DNA of 36,785 bases from Bacteroidota bacterium (GTDB lineage: Bacteria; Bacteroidota; Bacteroidia; Chitinophagales; CAIODY01), in NCBI GenBank assembly GCA_041192505.1, contig JBEEMV010000044.1, positions 1 through 36,785 on the forward strand. Direction: 5' to 3'. This document shows, piece after piece, positions 1 to 10,100 of the stretch. The notes below the pieces were generated by a model, which worked only from the letters and a program-made list of their open reading frames with translations, did not search any database and was not told the origin of the DNA. Within the stretch, counting starts at the first letter, position 1. Each line of letters starts with the position of its first letter. Both the position numbers and the translations under genes were made by a program.

Positions 1-487
1 CTAAAAATCCTGTAACCAATCCTATCAATACACCATATTGCAAAAGCTTGAATTTATTGCTTTCGTTTTTATCAGTTGAAACAATTTCGATGGTTCTATT
101 TTTTATCATGGATACCGAAGCAAACAACATTAACACAGCAAACAAAATCATGATTAATAATGCTTGAGAAATTTGCCAACCAAATAAATTAAATAGCTGC
201 TGTGGTATTGTAGGAATTATAAATTTTCGGGTAACGAATACAACAGATATAGATGTTAGCCCAAAGAATAAGGCGGTTGAGATGCTTACATTATTTTTTC
301 GATAATTATTAATTGCACCAACTAAAGAAGTACTACCAACAATAAATAATGAATAAGCTGTGGCATGAGCTGGTACTAAAGCAAATATATATACCAATAT
401 TGGTACTGTAAGAATAGAGCCACCGCCGCCAATTAAGCCTAATGTAATGCCTACTAATCCAGCCAATAAATATCCTATAATTTCCAT
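1..487 (-). CDS. TauE/SafE (DUF81) family anion-exporter membrane protein, 3-prime end runs off the window
   Basis: Reverse-strand translation from the ATG at 487-485 reads MEIIGYLLAGLVGITLGLIGGGGSILTVPILVYIFALVPAHATAYSLF... The frame stays open to position 1. The Gly-rich first helix (GGGGSILTVP) and uniformly hydrophobic sequence are typical of TauE/SafE. It is absent from the ORF track because it is truncated. Confidence 0.75.
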   Translation of the reverse strand, partial: MEIIGYLLAGLVGITLGLIGGGGSILTVPILVYIFALVPAHATAYSLFIVGSTSLVGAINNYRKNNVSISTALFFGLTSISVVFVTRKFIIPTIPQQLFNLFGWQISQALLIMILFAVLMLFASVSMIKNRTIEIVSTDKNESNKFKLLQYGVLIGLVTGFL

Positions 488-541
488 GTGCTACAAAGAT
501 GAGTAAATATTTATCAATTACTTAGCAACCATTATCACAAA

Positions 542-567
542 TAAAAAAGGCAACTTTTACGTTGCCC
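542..567 (-). terminator. Rho-independent terminator candidate downstream of the S41 peptidase gene
   Basis: ggcaac (549-554) pairs with gttgcc (561-566) around a 6-nt loop. On the minus strand a T-run follows (A-run 543-548 on plus). It lies 16 nt past the peptidase stop. Confidence 0.5.
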
Positions 568-582
568 ATTTTATAAAATAAA

Positions 583-2706
583 TTAATCTTTTTTAGTAGC
601 TGCTGTGTTGGTTATTTCATAAACAATATTTGTTGTTTCAAAAATGTAAGCATCTTTTTTTAATGCCTTAAACCAATTTTTCATTTTATTGGTTTTATTC
701 GAATCCGCTTCTATTAAGGCTTTGTCGTCGGCTGTCCATTCAAAATTCATATCGTATTCTGTTTTAGTAAGCTCTTCTAATTTTTTCGAACGCTCTCTAT
801 TTTCATTTTGTTCTTGTACAAATTTTGCAAAATTTAAAGTTGATTTATTGTCATCTTGTTGCTTTTTTAAGCGCTGTGCATTTTTATCAATAGCAGTAAA
901 ATATTCGTTGTTTTGTAAACGCTGTTTACTGCTTTTTTTCAATTCATCTAAATTAAAACAACCCGATATTGGTGTGTAAATAGCTGGTTGAATTTGCGAC
1001 CATTTCATCGGGTGATCTTCTTTCTTTTCGCCGTATTCAATATATTCTAAATTATCGGGCAATATAATATCGCTTGCCACACCTTTTAATTGCGTAGCGC
1101 CACCATTTATTCTAAAGAATTTTTGATTGGTTAATTTAATTGTCCCTAACGGACGAATCTCGGCAGGTGCTGTCATGTTATACATATCCAAATCATAAAA
1201 CCGTTGAACACTGCCTTTACCAAAGGTTGTAGGACTTCCAACAATAATTCCACGATGATAATCTTGAATTGCTGCTGCTAAAATTTCGGAAGCACTGGCA
1301 CTAAATTCATTTACCATAATAGCCAATGGACCATCATACACCACATCATTATCTCTATCTGGATATACATACGGCATTCCTTCACGACTTTTTACTTGCA
1401 CAATTGGACCACCTTTTATAAACAATCCTGCTATATCCACCACATCATTTAACGAGCCACCAGTATTGTTTCTAAGGTCAATCATTATTCCATCTACTTT
1501 ATCTTTTTTCAATTTCTCAACTTCAATGCGCATATCTTTTCCGCATCTTCTACCAGTAGTAGGATTATTAAAATCTGCATAAAATTCGGGTAGGTTTATC
1601 AACCCAATTCGTTTGCCTTTATAATTGATGATTGAACTTTTTGCAAATGTTTCATCCATCACTACTACATCACGGGTTATTTCAACCTCTTCCGTATTTC
1701 CATCTGCATGTTTTACAAATAATCTTACAATAGTTCCCTTCTTACCTCTGATGTGTTTTACAGCATCATCCACTCTTACATCTTCTAATGCAAACCAATC
1801 TTTATCATCCTTTTCAGCCGCTTTCATAATTAAATCTTCGGCTTTTATTTTTCCATTTTTCCATGCTGGGCCACCCACCACAAGGCTTGTAATTTTTATA
1901 AAGCCATCTTTTTCTTGTAGTGTAGCACCAATGCCTTCAAGTCTTCCACTCATTCGTATATCAAAATTTTCTTTATCCTTTGGTGGAAAAAAATCGGTGT
2001 GTGGATCTAATACACCAGTAATTGTATTTACATATAAAGTAAAATAATCATCGGCTTCGGTTTTGTTTAATCGTGCAAAAAAATCTTCGTTACCTTTTAA
2101 TATTTTTTTTCTGGCATCTTCTTCTAATTCGGCAAATGATTTTACCTTTTTCAAAGTGGTGTCTTTCTTCTCAATTTGTTTGTCTTGTGTTTCTTTTAAT
2201 TCAAATACTCTTGCCATTACTTGATACTTCAAACTCTTACGCCAAGCCTCTTTCAGCTCATCCATATTTTTTGCATACACTAATTTTTTGCCATCCAATA
2301 TAATGTCTTCGTTAGTAGTTAAATCAAATGGTTTATCTAAAAATGATTTATAAAAACCTTCGGCATCCGCAGCCCGTTGTTTAAATACTTTAATGGTGGC
2401 TTCATAAAATTCGGTTGATGGATTATTTATTTCATCATCAATTTTCGATTTATATTTTTTCAAATCATCAATATCTGATTGTAAAAAAAACTTTTTATTG
2501 TAATCCATTCTTTGTAAAAAAAGAGTGAAAACATCGGCCGAAAAATCATCATTAATTTCTTTGGGCTGAAAGTGTTGGTCTTTCACACTCTCGGTTACAG
2601 CTTGTATAATTGCTTTTTGTTTTTGTGGATTTGTTTGTGCTTCAAAACTGAATGCAACCACACAAGGTATTAATGCCACCAACAAAACGAACGATAATTT
2701 TTTCAT
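583..2706 (-). CDS. Carboxy-terminal processing peptidase, S41 family (tail-specific protease), secreted
   Basis: 707-aa ORF with an N-terminal signal peptide (MKKLSFVLLVALIPCVVAFSFEAQ). A PDZ-like segment is followed by an S41 catalytic region (LINLPEFY, DLRNNTGGSL, NEFSASASEILAAAIQDY, GSPTTFGKGSVQ). Confidence 0.9.
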   Translation of the reverse strand: MKKLSFVLLVALIPCVVAFSFEAQTNPQKQKAIIQAVTESVKDQHFQPKEINDDFSADVFTLFLQRMDYNKKFFLQSDIDDLKKYKSKIDDEINNPSTEFYEATIKVFKQRAADAEGFYKSFLDKPFDLTTNEDIILDGKKLVYAKNMDELKEAWRKSLKYQVMARVFELKETQDKQIEKKDTTLKKVKSFAELEEDARKKILKGNEDFFARLNKTEADDYFTLYVNTITGVLDPHTDFFPPKDKENFDIRMSGRLEGIGATLQEKDGFIKITSLVVGGPAWKNGKIKAEDLIMKAAEKDDKDWFALEDVRVDDAVKHIRGKKGTIVRLFVKHADGNTEEVEITRDVVVMDETFAKSSIINYKGKRIGLINLPEFYADFNNPTTGRRCGKDMRIEVEKLKKDKVDGIMIDLRNNTGGSLNDVVDIAGLFIKGGPIVQVKSREGMPYVYPDRDNDVVYDGPLAIMVNEFSASASEILAAAIQDYHRGIIVGSPTTFGKGSVQRFYDLDMYNMTAPAEIRPLGTIKLTNQKFFRINGGATQLKGVASDIILPDNLEYIEYGEKKEDHPMKWSQIQPAIYTPISGCFNLDELKKSSKQRLQNNEYFTAIDKNAQRLKKQQDDNKSTLNFAKFVQEQNENRERSKKLEELTKTEYDMNFEWTADDKALIEADSNKTNKMKNWFKALKKDAYIFETTNIVYEITNTAATKKD

Positions 2707-2863
2707 TACAATATTTTAAAAAATGTTTACGCAATTTACAACCCAAGTGGATTAATAAGCAATGTAATTATACATAATAATTTGTGAATTGAAATTTTGC
2801 ATTAGAACACAGATGATACAGATTTAAAAGATAGACGCTGATATGATTTTATTTTTCCTATTC

Positions 2864-2871
2864 TATATTTG
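2864..2871 (+). promoter_or_regulatory. Bacteroidetes-type -7 promoter box (TATATTTG) for ybeY
   Basis: Exact match to TAnnTTTG, ending 5 nt before the ATG at 2876. Such octamers also occur by chance in AT-rich DNA. Confidence 0.35.
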
Positions 2872-2875
2872 CAAG

Positions 2876-3316
2876 ATGAAAAAAATAAGTTTCACAAACC
2901 ACCAAGCGCCTGCTTTTACATTTAAAAACAGAACTATTGTAAAACAGTGGTTAGAAAAAATAATGCGTCAATATGGTTATACAAGTTTTGAAATTGCTTA
3001 TATTTTTTCGAATGATGAATATGTTTTACAAATCAATCAACAATTTTTACAACACGATTTTTATACCGATATTATTACTTTTGATTATTCTACAAAACAA
3101 AAAATTGAAAGCGAAATTTATATTAGTATTGATAGAGTAAAAGAAAATGCTGTTCAGCTTTCTACTACATTTAATGAAGAGCTACATCGTGTAATGGCAC
3201 ATGGCGTATTGCATCTTTGTGGTTTAAAAGATAAAACCAAAACACAACAAACTGATATGCGAAATGCAGAAAATAATGCCTTATTATTGTTAAGAAAAAT
3301 GTTGTTGAAAAAATAA
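2876..3316 (+). CDS. ybeY: rRNA maturation endoribonuclease YbeY
   Basis: Contains the metal-binding motif HRVMAHGVLHLCGLKD (H-x3-H-type YbeY signature). Size is about 146 aa from the internal ATG at 2876. The 11 extra N-terminal codons in the track ORF (from 2843) overlap the promoter box and are probably not translated. Confidence 0.9.
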   Translation: MKKISFTNHQAPAFTFKNRTIVKQWLEKIMRQYGYTSFEIAYIFSNDEYVLQINQQFLQHDFYTDIITFDYSTKQKIESEIYISIDRVKENAVQLSTTFNEELHRVMAHGVLHLCGLKDKTKTQQTDMRNAENNALLLLRKMLLKK

Positions 3317-3364
3317 AATTTTAGCAACTACATTAGCAAAAAAATAGTTACCCAATAAAAATAT

Positions 3365-4150
3365 ATGATCATGAATTTTGAATTTATTTTAGTAAATCCG
3401 CAAGTAGAAAAACATATTGCTTTAATACAATTAAATAGACCAAAAGAACTAAATGCCCTAAACCTGCAACTGATGGGCGAATTAAGAGATGCGTTGAAAA
3501 TTTTAGATAATGATGATGAGGTACGATGCATTATTATTACTGGCAACGAAAAAGCATTTGCGGCTGGTGCCGATATAAAACAAATGGCTGGTAAAACGGC
3601 AATTGACATGTTGAATATTGACCAATTTAGCACATGGGATGGCATTAAAAAAACAAAGAAACCCATCATTGCAGCTGTAAGTGGTTTTGCTTTGGGCGGT
3701 GGTTGCGAATTGGTAATGACTTGTGATATGATAGTGGCAAGCGAAACTGCAAAATTTGGGCAACCCGAAATTAAAATTGGTGTAATGCCTGGTGCTGGCG
3801 GAACACAGCGCTTAACAAAAGCTGTTGGAAAAGCATTGGCAATGGAAATGGTACTTACGGGCAAATTTATATCGGCTGATGAAGCATTAAAAAATGGTTT
3901 GATAAATAAAGTTGTGCCTGTTGAATTATACTTAAGCGAAGCCATTAATTTGGCTAAAGAAGTAGCGGCTCAATCGCCTATAGCTGTACGATTGGCTAAA
4001 GAAAGTGTGTTGAATGCATTTAACTCAACATTAGATGAAGGCTTAGTTTTTGAACGAAAAAATTTCTATTTATTGTTTGCCAGTGATGACCAAAAAGAAG
4101 GCATGAATGCATTTGTAGAAAAGCGTAAACCAGCATTTACAGGAAAATAA
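3365..4150 (+). CDS. Enoyl-CoA hydratase/isomerase (crotonase family)
   Basis: 261 aa with crotonase signatures: ITGNEKAFAAGADIKQM, PIIAAVSGFALGGGCELVMTCD, FGQPEIKIGVMPGAGGTQRL, and C-terminal EGMNAFVEKRKPAF. Confidence 0.9.
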   Translation: MIMNFEFILVNPQVEKHIALIQLNRPKELNALNLQLMGELRDALKILDNDDEVRCIIITGNEKAFAAGADIKQMAGKTAIDMLNIDQFSTWDGIKKTKKPIIAAVSGFALGGGCELVMTCDMIVASETAKFGQPEIKIGVMPGAGGTQRLTKAVGKALAMEMVLTGKFISADEALKNGLINKVVPVELYLSEAINLAKEVAAQSPIAVRLAKESVLNAFNSTLDEGLVFERKNFYLLFASDDQKEGMNAFVEKRKPAFTGK

Positions 4151-4220
4151 AACAAAGTATTTAATTACATTTTATTGAGCCAATTTTTTGTTCAGTATCT
4201 CAACTAAATATAAAAATACT

Positions 4221-4610
4221 ATGATTAATAATTTTAAAATTGGCGACAAAAAATACTACCAGCATATAGTTCAAGCAACTGATGCTGCCACATTTGCATC
4301 GGGCAATATACATCCAGTATATAGCACTTTTGCATTGGCACGAGATGCTGAATGGTGTTGCAGATTATTTGTATTAGACATGAAAGAAGCCGACGAAGAA
4401 GGCATAGGCACTTTTATTAAAGTACAACACCAATCGCCAGCTTTAGTAAATTCGATAGTTGATTTTGAAGCCGAAATAATTTTGCAAGAAAAAAATAATG
4501 TGGTTTGCAAATTTATCGCAAAAGTGGGCAATAGAATTATTGCCACTGGCGAACAAGGACAAAAGATTTTGAAGAAAGAAAAATTGAATGATTTGTTTAA
4601 TAACTTGTGA
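4221..4610 (+). CDS. Small hotdog-fold (thioesterase-like) protein
   Basis: About 129 aa from the ATG at 4221 (the track ORF starts at a TTG at 4188). Size and pattern (single long helix region followed by beta-strand C-terminal half, ...GTFIKVQHQSPALVNSIVDFEAEII...) resemble hotdog thioesterases. The family is inferred, not proven. Confidence 0.55.
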   Translation: MINNFKIGDKKYYQHIVQATDAATFASGNIHPVYSTFALARDAEWCCRLFVLDMKEADEEGIGTFIKVQHQSPALVNSIVDFEAEIILQEKNNVVCKFIAKVGNRIIATGEQGQKILKKEKLNDLFNNL

Positions 4611-4624
4611 GCCAATTCTAATTC

Positions 4625-5596
4625 ATGTCATCATCATTATTTAACCAAACCAATTTATACATAGCCTTTGGCATTGTAATGCTTGTTGTAATTATTTTCG
4701 ATTTAGGATTATTTCAAAAAAAAGAACACATACCAACTTTTAAAAACACTTTAATTCAAACCAGTTTTTGGTTTGCCATTGCATGTATGTTTGGTGCTGC
4801 ATTATGGTTGGTAAAAGGACATGAAACTGGCTCACAATTTTTTAGTGGTTATTTAATGGAGTGGTCGTTATCAGCCGATAATATTTTTGTATTTATTTTA
4901 TTACTTAAATTTTTTCGAATGCCCGAAGCATCGCATCAACGGGTGTTGTTTTGGGGTATTATAGGCGCTATTATTTTTCGCATTATTTTTATATCGTTAG
5001 GAAGTACATTGGTTGCCAACTTTCATTGGATACTTTACATTTTTGGTGCTATATTAATTTACACTGGTGTGAAAATTTTTCTTGGAAATGGCGATGATGA
5101 CGAAGCCGAAGAAAGTTTTAAACCCGAACAAAATTTCATGTATAAATTCATGAAAAAATATTTACCATTTAGCGATAATGTAAATGAAACCAGCATGTGG
5201 ATATACGAAAATGGTAAACGATTTTATACGCCATTATTTTTTGTAATATGCATGATTGCTACAACTGATGTATTGTTTGCTATTGATAGCATACCAGCTG
5301 TATTCAGTATTACACAAGATAAATTAGTAATTTTTTCGAGCAATATTTTTGCGGTGATGGGTTTACGATCCATGTTTTTTTTATTAAGTAATATTGTAAA
5401 ACGATTTGATTATTTACAACAAGGCATATCATTTATTCTGATTTTTATTGGTATAAAAATGATGTTAGAATTATTCAGCGATTTAAATTGGTTTCATGTT
5501 CATATTTCAACAGGTTTATCATTAGCCATTATTATTATTGTGTTGGGTGGTTCAATTTTATTATCGTTGGCAAAAGAAAATAATTCAAAAAAATAA
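4625..5596 (+). CDS. TerC family integral membrane protein
   Basis: 323 aa with multiple TM helices. It carries the TerC hallmark EWSLSADNIFVF and a second repeat, ATTDVLFAIDSIPAVF. Confidence 0.85.
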   Translation: MSSSLFNQTNLYIAFGIVMLVVIIFDLGLFQKKEHIPTFKNTLIQTSFWFAIACMFGAALWLVKGHETGSQFFSGYLMEWSLSADNIFVFILLLKFFRMPEASHQRVLFWGIIGAIIFRIIFISLGSTLVANFHWILYIFGAILIYTGVKIFLGNGDDDEAEESFKPEQNFMYKFMKKYLPFSDNVNETSMWIYENGKRFYTPLFFVICMIATTDVLFAIDSIPAVFSITQDKLVIFSSNIFAVMGLRSMFFLLSNIVKRFDYLQQGISFILIFIGIKMMLELFSDLNWFHVHISTGLSLAIIIIVLGGSILLSLAKENNSKK

Positions 5597-5607
5597 AAAT
5601 TAATTAG

Positions 5608-6087
5608 ATGAAAATTAAAATAGGATTTGGATACGATGTGCATCAATTGCAGGAAGGAAGAGAGCTTTGGCTGGGTGGCGTAAAATTAGAACATACAAAA
5701 GGTGCATTAGGGCATAGCGATGCAGATGTAATTCTTCATGCCATTTGCGATGCCATTTTAGGCGCATTAAATGTGGGCGATATTGGTAAACATTTTCCTG
5801 ATACGGATAAACAATTTAAAAATATTGATAGCAAAATATTATTAAAAAGTGTTTTTGAATTGATGACAAAAATGAATTTTAGAATTGGCAATATTGATTG
5901 TTCGCTTACTTTAGAACGACCAAAAATTGCACCACACATTTCTAAAATGCAAACCTGCATTGCTGAAATTTTACAAACCGAAATAGAGAATGTATCAATT
6001 AAAGCAACCACATCCGAAAAGCTTGGCTTTGTGGGCAGAGAAGAAGGTGTATGCGCTTATGCTGTAGTGTTGATTGAAAAAATTTAA
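5608..6087 (+). CDS. ispF: 2-C-methyl-D-erythritol 2,4-cyclodiphosphate synthase
   Basis: 159 aa with GFGYDVHQL, GHSDADVILHAICDAILGA, HFPDTD and SIKATTSEKLGFVGREEG, all canonical IspF motifs. Confidence 0.95.
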   Translation: MKIKIGFGYDVHQLQEGRELWLGGVKLEHTKGALGHSDADVILHAICDAILGALNVGDIGKHFPDTDKQFKNIDSKILLKSVFELMTKMNFRIGNIDCSLTLERPKIAPHISKMQTCIAEILQTEIENVSIKATTSEKLGFVGREEGVCAYAVVLIEKI

Positions 6088-6121
6088 TTTTAAAAAAAAG
6101 TTGTAATAAATAAAAACCGAA

Positions 6122-6844
6122 ATGATAAAATACGTTATCAAGCTTAAAGAATTTTTGTTGTACACTCAATTGCTTAGCATATTCAAGCCTTTTAGCAATT
6201 TGTTTCATACGTTGTATTATTTTAATCGTTTAACCACATTTGTAAACCAACATAAAAGCGGATTGTTGCTAAATGATTTTTATGTTTCGAAACGTGATTA
6301 TAGCAAGCGTTATACCTTGTACGAAACGGTATCGTTAGCGCATCAAAAAAACAATACGGAATTAATGTATTTAGAATTTGGTGTAGCCTCGGCTTTATCA
6401 TTTAAATGGTGGTTGAATCATAACACTCATCAAAATTCGAAATTTTATGGCTTTGATACTTTTGAAGGCTTGCCCGAAAACTGGGGAAGCTTTTATGTAA
6501 AAGGCGATTTGGCGCATGGTGTACCCAATATTGATGATAAACGAGCTATGTTTTTAAAAGGGCTATTTCAAGATACTTTACCATCGTTTATTGAGCAACA
6601 TAAAGCCGAATTACAACAGCCTAAAATTATTCATTTAGATGCTGATTTATACACCGCTACTTTATTTGTGTTGATGCAGTTGTATCCTTATTTACAAAAA
6701 GGCGATTTAATTTTCTTTGATGAATTTTCGGTACCAACCCACGAGTTTAAAGCCTTTGATGAATTTACACAAACTTGTTATATAAAATTAAAACCCATTG
6801 CTGCAGTAAATAATTTTTACCAAACAGCATTTGTGGTAGAGTAG
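6122..6844 (+). CDS. Class I SAM-dependent methyltransferase, TylF/MycF-like
   Basis: 240 aa. FYGFDTFEGLPE and IIHLDADLYTAT resemble the macrocin-O-methyltransferase (TylF) family motifs. The substrate is unknown. Confidence 0.7.
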   Translation: MIKYVIKLKEFLLYTQLLSIFKPFSNLFHTLYYFNRLTTFVNQHKSGLLLNDFYVSKRDYSKRYTLYETVSLAHQKNNTELMYLEFGVASALSFKWWLNHNTHQNSKFYGFDTFEGLPENWGSFYVKGDLAHGVPNIDDKRAMFLKGLFQDTLPSFIEQHKAELQQPKIIHLDADLYTATLFVLMQLYPYLQKGDLIFFDEFSVPTHEFKAFDEFTQTCYIKLKPIAAVNNFYQTAFVVE

Positions 6845-6856
6845 TTTTGGGAAGTA

Positions 6857-7019
6857 TTTCCGCCAAGATGAGTGTCCTCACTCATCTCTAAATTGTTTCA
6901 TTAAAAGTAGTTTTTAAAAGTAATTTTATAAGCATTTTTCGTTTTCAATAAAGTATATTTGGTGAGTGAATACAATAAAATAATACAGTGGTGAGTGAGG
7001 ACACTAACCACGGCGAAAG
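6857..7019 (+). mobile_element. MITE-like element, copy 1 (about 155-165 bp with ~26-bp imperfect terminal inverted repeats)
   Basis: The left end cgccaagatgagtgtcctcactcatc pairs with the right end ggtgagtgaggacactaaccacggcg at 21 of 26 positions plus one G-T wobble. A second copy at 29717-29891 is roughly 85-90% identical with one ~11-nt indel. It has no coding capacity. Confidence 0.7.
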
Positions 7020-7028
7020 GGTAGAGTA

Positions 7029-7178
7029 ATGCTGAGGAACGAAGCATCTAAAACAATATCCAATATCCAATCATCAATAACCAATATCAAAGTAAATGAA
7101 TTGCCAAGTGGCATTTATTTTATAAAAGCCACTGATGTAAAAGGGAATGTGATGAATGGGAAGTTTGTGAAACAATAA
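7029..7178 (+). pseudogene. Remnant of a T9SS type-A C-terminal sorting domain (Por_Secre_tail-like), 49 codons
   Basis: Hand translation gives MLRNEASKTISNIQSSITNIKVNELPSGIYFIKATDVKGNVMNGKFVKQ*. The LPSGIYFIK...G...KFVKQ end is the classic last two strands of a type-A T9SS CTD. There is no upstream body, and it abuts the MITE. Confidence 0.6.
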
Positions 7179-7182
7179 TCAA

Positions 7183-10100
7183 TTATCTAATTAAAGTCAT
7201 ATTGCCCGAAATAGGAAAAATAGTTCCATCGGCGCATATTACTTGCATTTGATACATGTATATATCGCAGGTGCATGGTTTGCCATTAAAGTAGCCATCC
7301 CAGCCTACTTCGGGTTTGTTGATGGGTATATGTTCACGGCTATATACTTCGCTACCCCAACGATTATAAATTCTAATAAATTCTAATTCTTTAATGCCCT
7401 TGCCTTGTACATAAAAAAATCGGTTTTCGTATTTAGCATTTACTTTTGGTTCAAATGCGTTTGGAATAAACAATGAGTTTTCTTTATCGCATAATACTTT
7501 TATTTTAAATATAGTTGAATCGGTGCAGCCATGCAAATCTTCAGTAATTACATGGTAGGTAGTATTTATATCGGGCGATACATCAACCACATGACAAGTA
7601 TCGCAATTGATAAAATAATTGGGCCACCAATGCAATAAAGCGCCATTGGTATTGGGCTTAATGGTATAATGTTGCCCAGCAAAAATCTTTGCATTATCGG
7701 GGTCGATAATGATGTATGGCTTAGGTTTAAAAATATTGATATGAATAATGGTGGTGCTATCATTATTGCATTTTCCTAAAATCAATAATCTGTAATTAGT
7801 TGAATCGTTGGCTGCTACATACACATCAGCATGGGTAGATATGATTTCGTTGGTAGTCATATTTTTCCAGATATATGCATCGCCGCCATGTGCATACAAA
7901 TGAATAGTATCGCCATAACATACGGTGGTATCATGCCCAGCATCGGGCACTATTAATGGGCGCACATGAACTATAATGTTATTGGTATCCAAACAGCCGT
8001 ATTGATTTGATACAGCCAATGCAAAACTATCTTGCTGATAAATATTAATAGTGGGCTGTGCTACAAACGGGCCTGGTTTAAATGTATTAGGTGGTAAAGG
8101 ATGAAACCAATGATAATGATAGCCCGGCAATGGCGGACAACCTACCAAAGCATTTACGCCTGGGCATACGGTATCGTTATTACCCACACAAGCTACAGGC
8201 AATGGATATACTTTAAAGGAATCGTTGATAGATGCCGAACAATTAAAATTAGATGTGATAGTGTAATTAGCAATAAAAGTAGCCACATTGGTATGGCTGG
8301 TATTAGTATATTTTTTGATAAAATTATTAGGTGGTAATGTGCTGTTGTAATCGGGTGTGCCATCGCCAAAATCGATAGTATAATTGGTGATAGGAATATT
8401 GTTTACTACATTATTTGAAAACGAAGTAAGCAACGGCGAACAACCTTTATTAAGATGATTGATTAAAGCAGGCTGCGGCACAGCAGCTAAGCAAACTTGC
8501 TTGGCTAATGAATCGGCACAACCCGAAATGGTTCGAACAATTAACAACACTTTATAACAAGTATCAACTTTAGTAGGTGGCAAAATATAACTATGGTTTA
8601 CTTGTAAAAAAATGCCTGCTGGGGTTGATGTGCCATCGCCAAAAAACCATTGTTGTGTAACGCCTACCGAAGGCGAAGTGGTACTGTTAAAATGTACATT
8701 AGCGCCATTGCCACATATGGTATCTTTATCTTGTGTAAATGAAATATTAATACCCGAAAGCACTACTACCAAATGTTTCGAGCTGGTATCAATACAATTA
8801 TAAATTGAACTATCTAACAAAACTACATTGTAATTGCCCGGTATGGTATAGCAATATTGTGCATTAAAAGTGTGGGCTATAGGTGTAGGATTATTCCAAT
8901 CAAAAAACCAAGTATAATTTTTTACAGGGTCGGTATTAACGGATGTATTGGCAAACGATACACAATCATTAATACAAATAGTATCGGGCGAACTGATAAA
9001 TTGAGATAGCGGATTGGTATGAACTTTTACAAATGGTTTTTCGATGGTATCAACACAACCAAAAATTGTTTTTACAATCAACATCATGGTATAGCTACCG
9101 GGTGTAGTAATAATTACATGTGGGCTTTGATGCGAATAAATGGCAAACACATTGCCCGAGCTATTTTTTATTATCCATTTGTATTTAGTGGTATCTAAAT
9201 CATAAATGCCTTTAATAGATAAATCATTCATTACCACATCGGCTTTGTTGCAAAAATCTGTAATATGCGGTGTCCAAGTAAAATCGGCTATTGCGCCATC
9301 AATATGTACGGTATCGCTTAGCGGATAGCTGCACCCTATTCCATCATCAATAGTAGCTTGTACTAATTTATGCCCCAACACATTATAAGCATGGCAAAAA
9401 TTATATATGCCCGAAGAATTATGGTTCAATAAATCGAATGTGCCATCGGGATATTGAATGATAGGACTTAATACTGAATTGGTATTTAATGTACAGCAAA
9501 TAGTATCGCCTAAGCAACCATACACATTGCTACAGGCTAAATGCCCCAATGGGCCTTGTACATGCAAGGTTTTACAAATAGAATCGGTACAACCTGTAAT
9601 GCTGCTTATTTTCCAACAAATTACATAATCACCAGGATAACCGATAGGTATTCCAACTTTTTTGGGCAATCCGCCAGGGTCGTTGATGGAATATACAAAT
9701 GATGTAAAAAAATGTAATGGTGCCGATGACATGGTTACAGTTATTTTATCATAAGCACCCGAAGATAAATTAACTAAAGAATCGAAAATACCGGGGCATG
9801 AAAGTGTATCACGACCAAAGAAATTGGCATGAGGATTTGCTACATGAATGCGAATACAAGTATCATCAACACAACCATAAAAATTACTTACTTGTAAATT
9901 CAAATAATAATAACCCAGATTGCTAAATGTATAATTAAAATTGCCAAGTGTATTAGATGCACAAGTGGTGCTTTGATTACAAGCTCCATTATCAATTTTC
10001 CAACAAGCATTGGTTATAAAACCACCCGAACAATTATTAAATGTAATGGTTTTGCCTTGGCATACCACCGTATCGGGCAATGGAGCTGCACAAGCATGTA

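Noticed and set aside
689-2303. Plus-strand ORFs of 76-140 aa (689-979, 1625-2047, 2073-2303) inside the S41 peptidase gene
   Set aside because: They are entirely antisense to a well-supported 707-aa gene. Their Ser/Phe/Leu-rich low-complexity translations are typical of shadow frames.
3328-3945. 205-aa minus-strand ORF overlapping the enoyl-CoA hydratase gene (also 3503-3763, 4271-4615, 5736-6011, 5999-6208)
   Set aside because: These are shadow ORFs opposite genes with strong family motifs, and they show no recognisable motifs of their own.
7053-7090. Short degenerate tandem CCAATAT(C) repeats
   Set aside because: They lie within the CTD-remnant reading frame (ISNIQSSITNI) and are only 3-4 imperfect units. 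This is not a CRISPR or a satellite.
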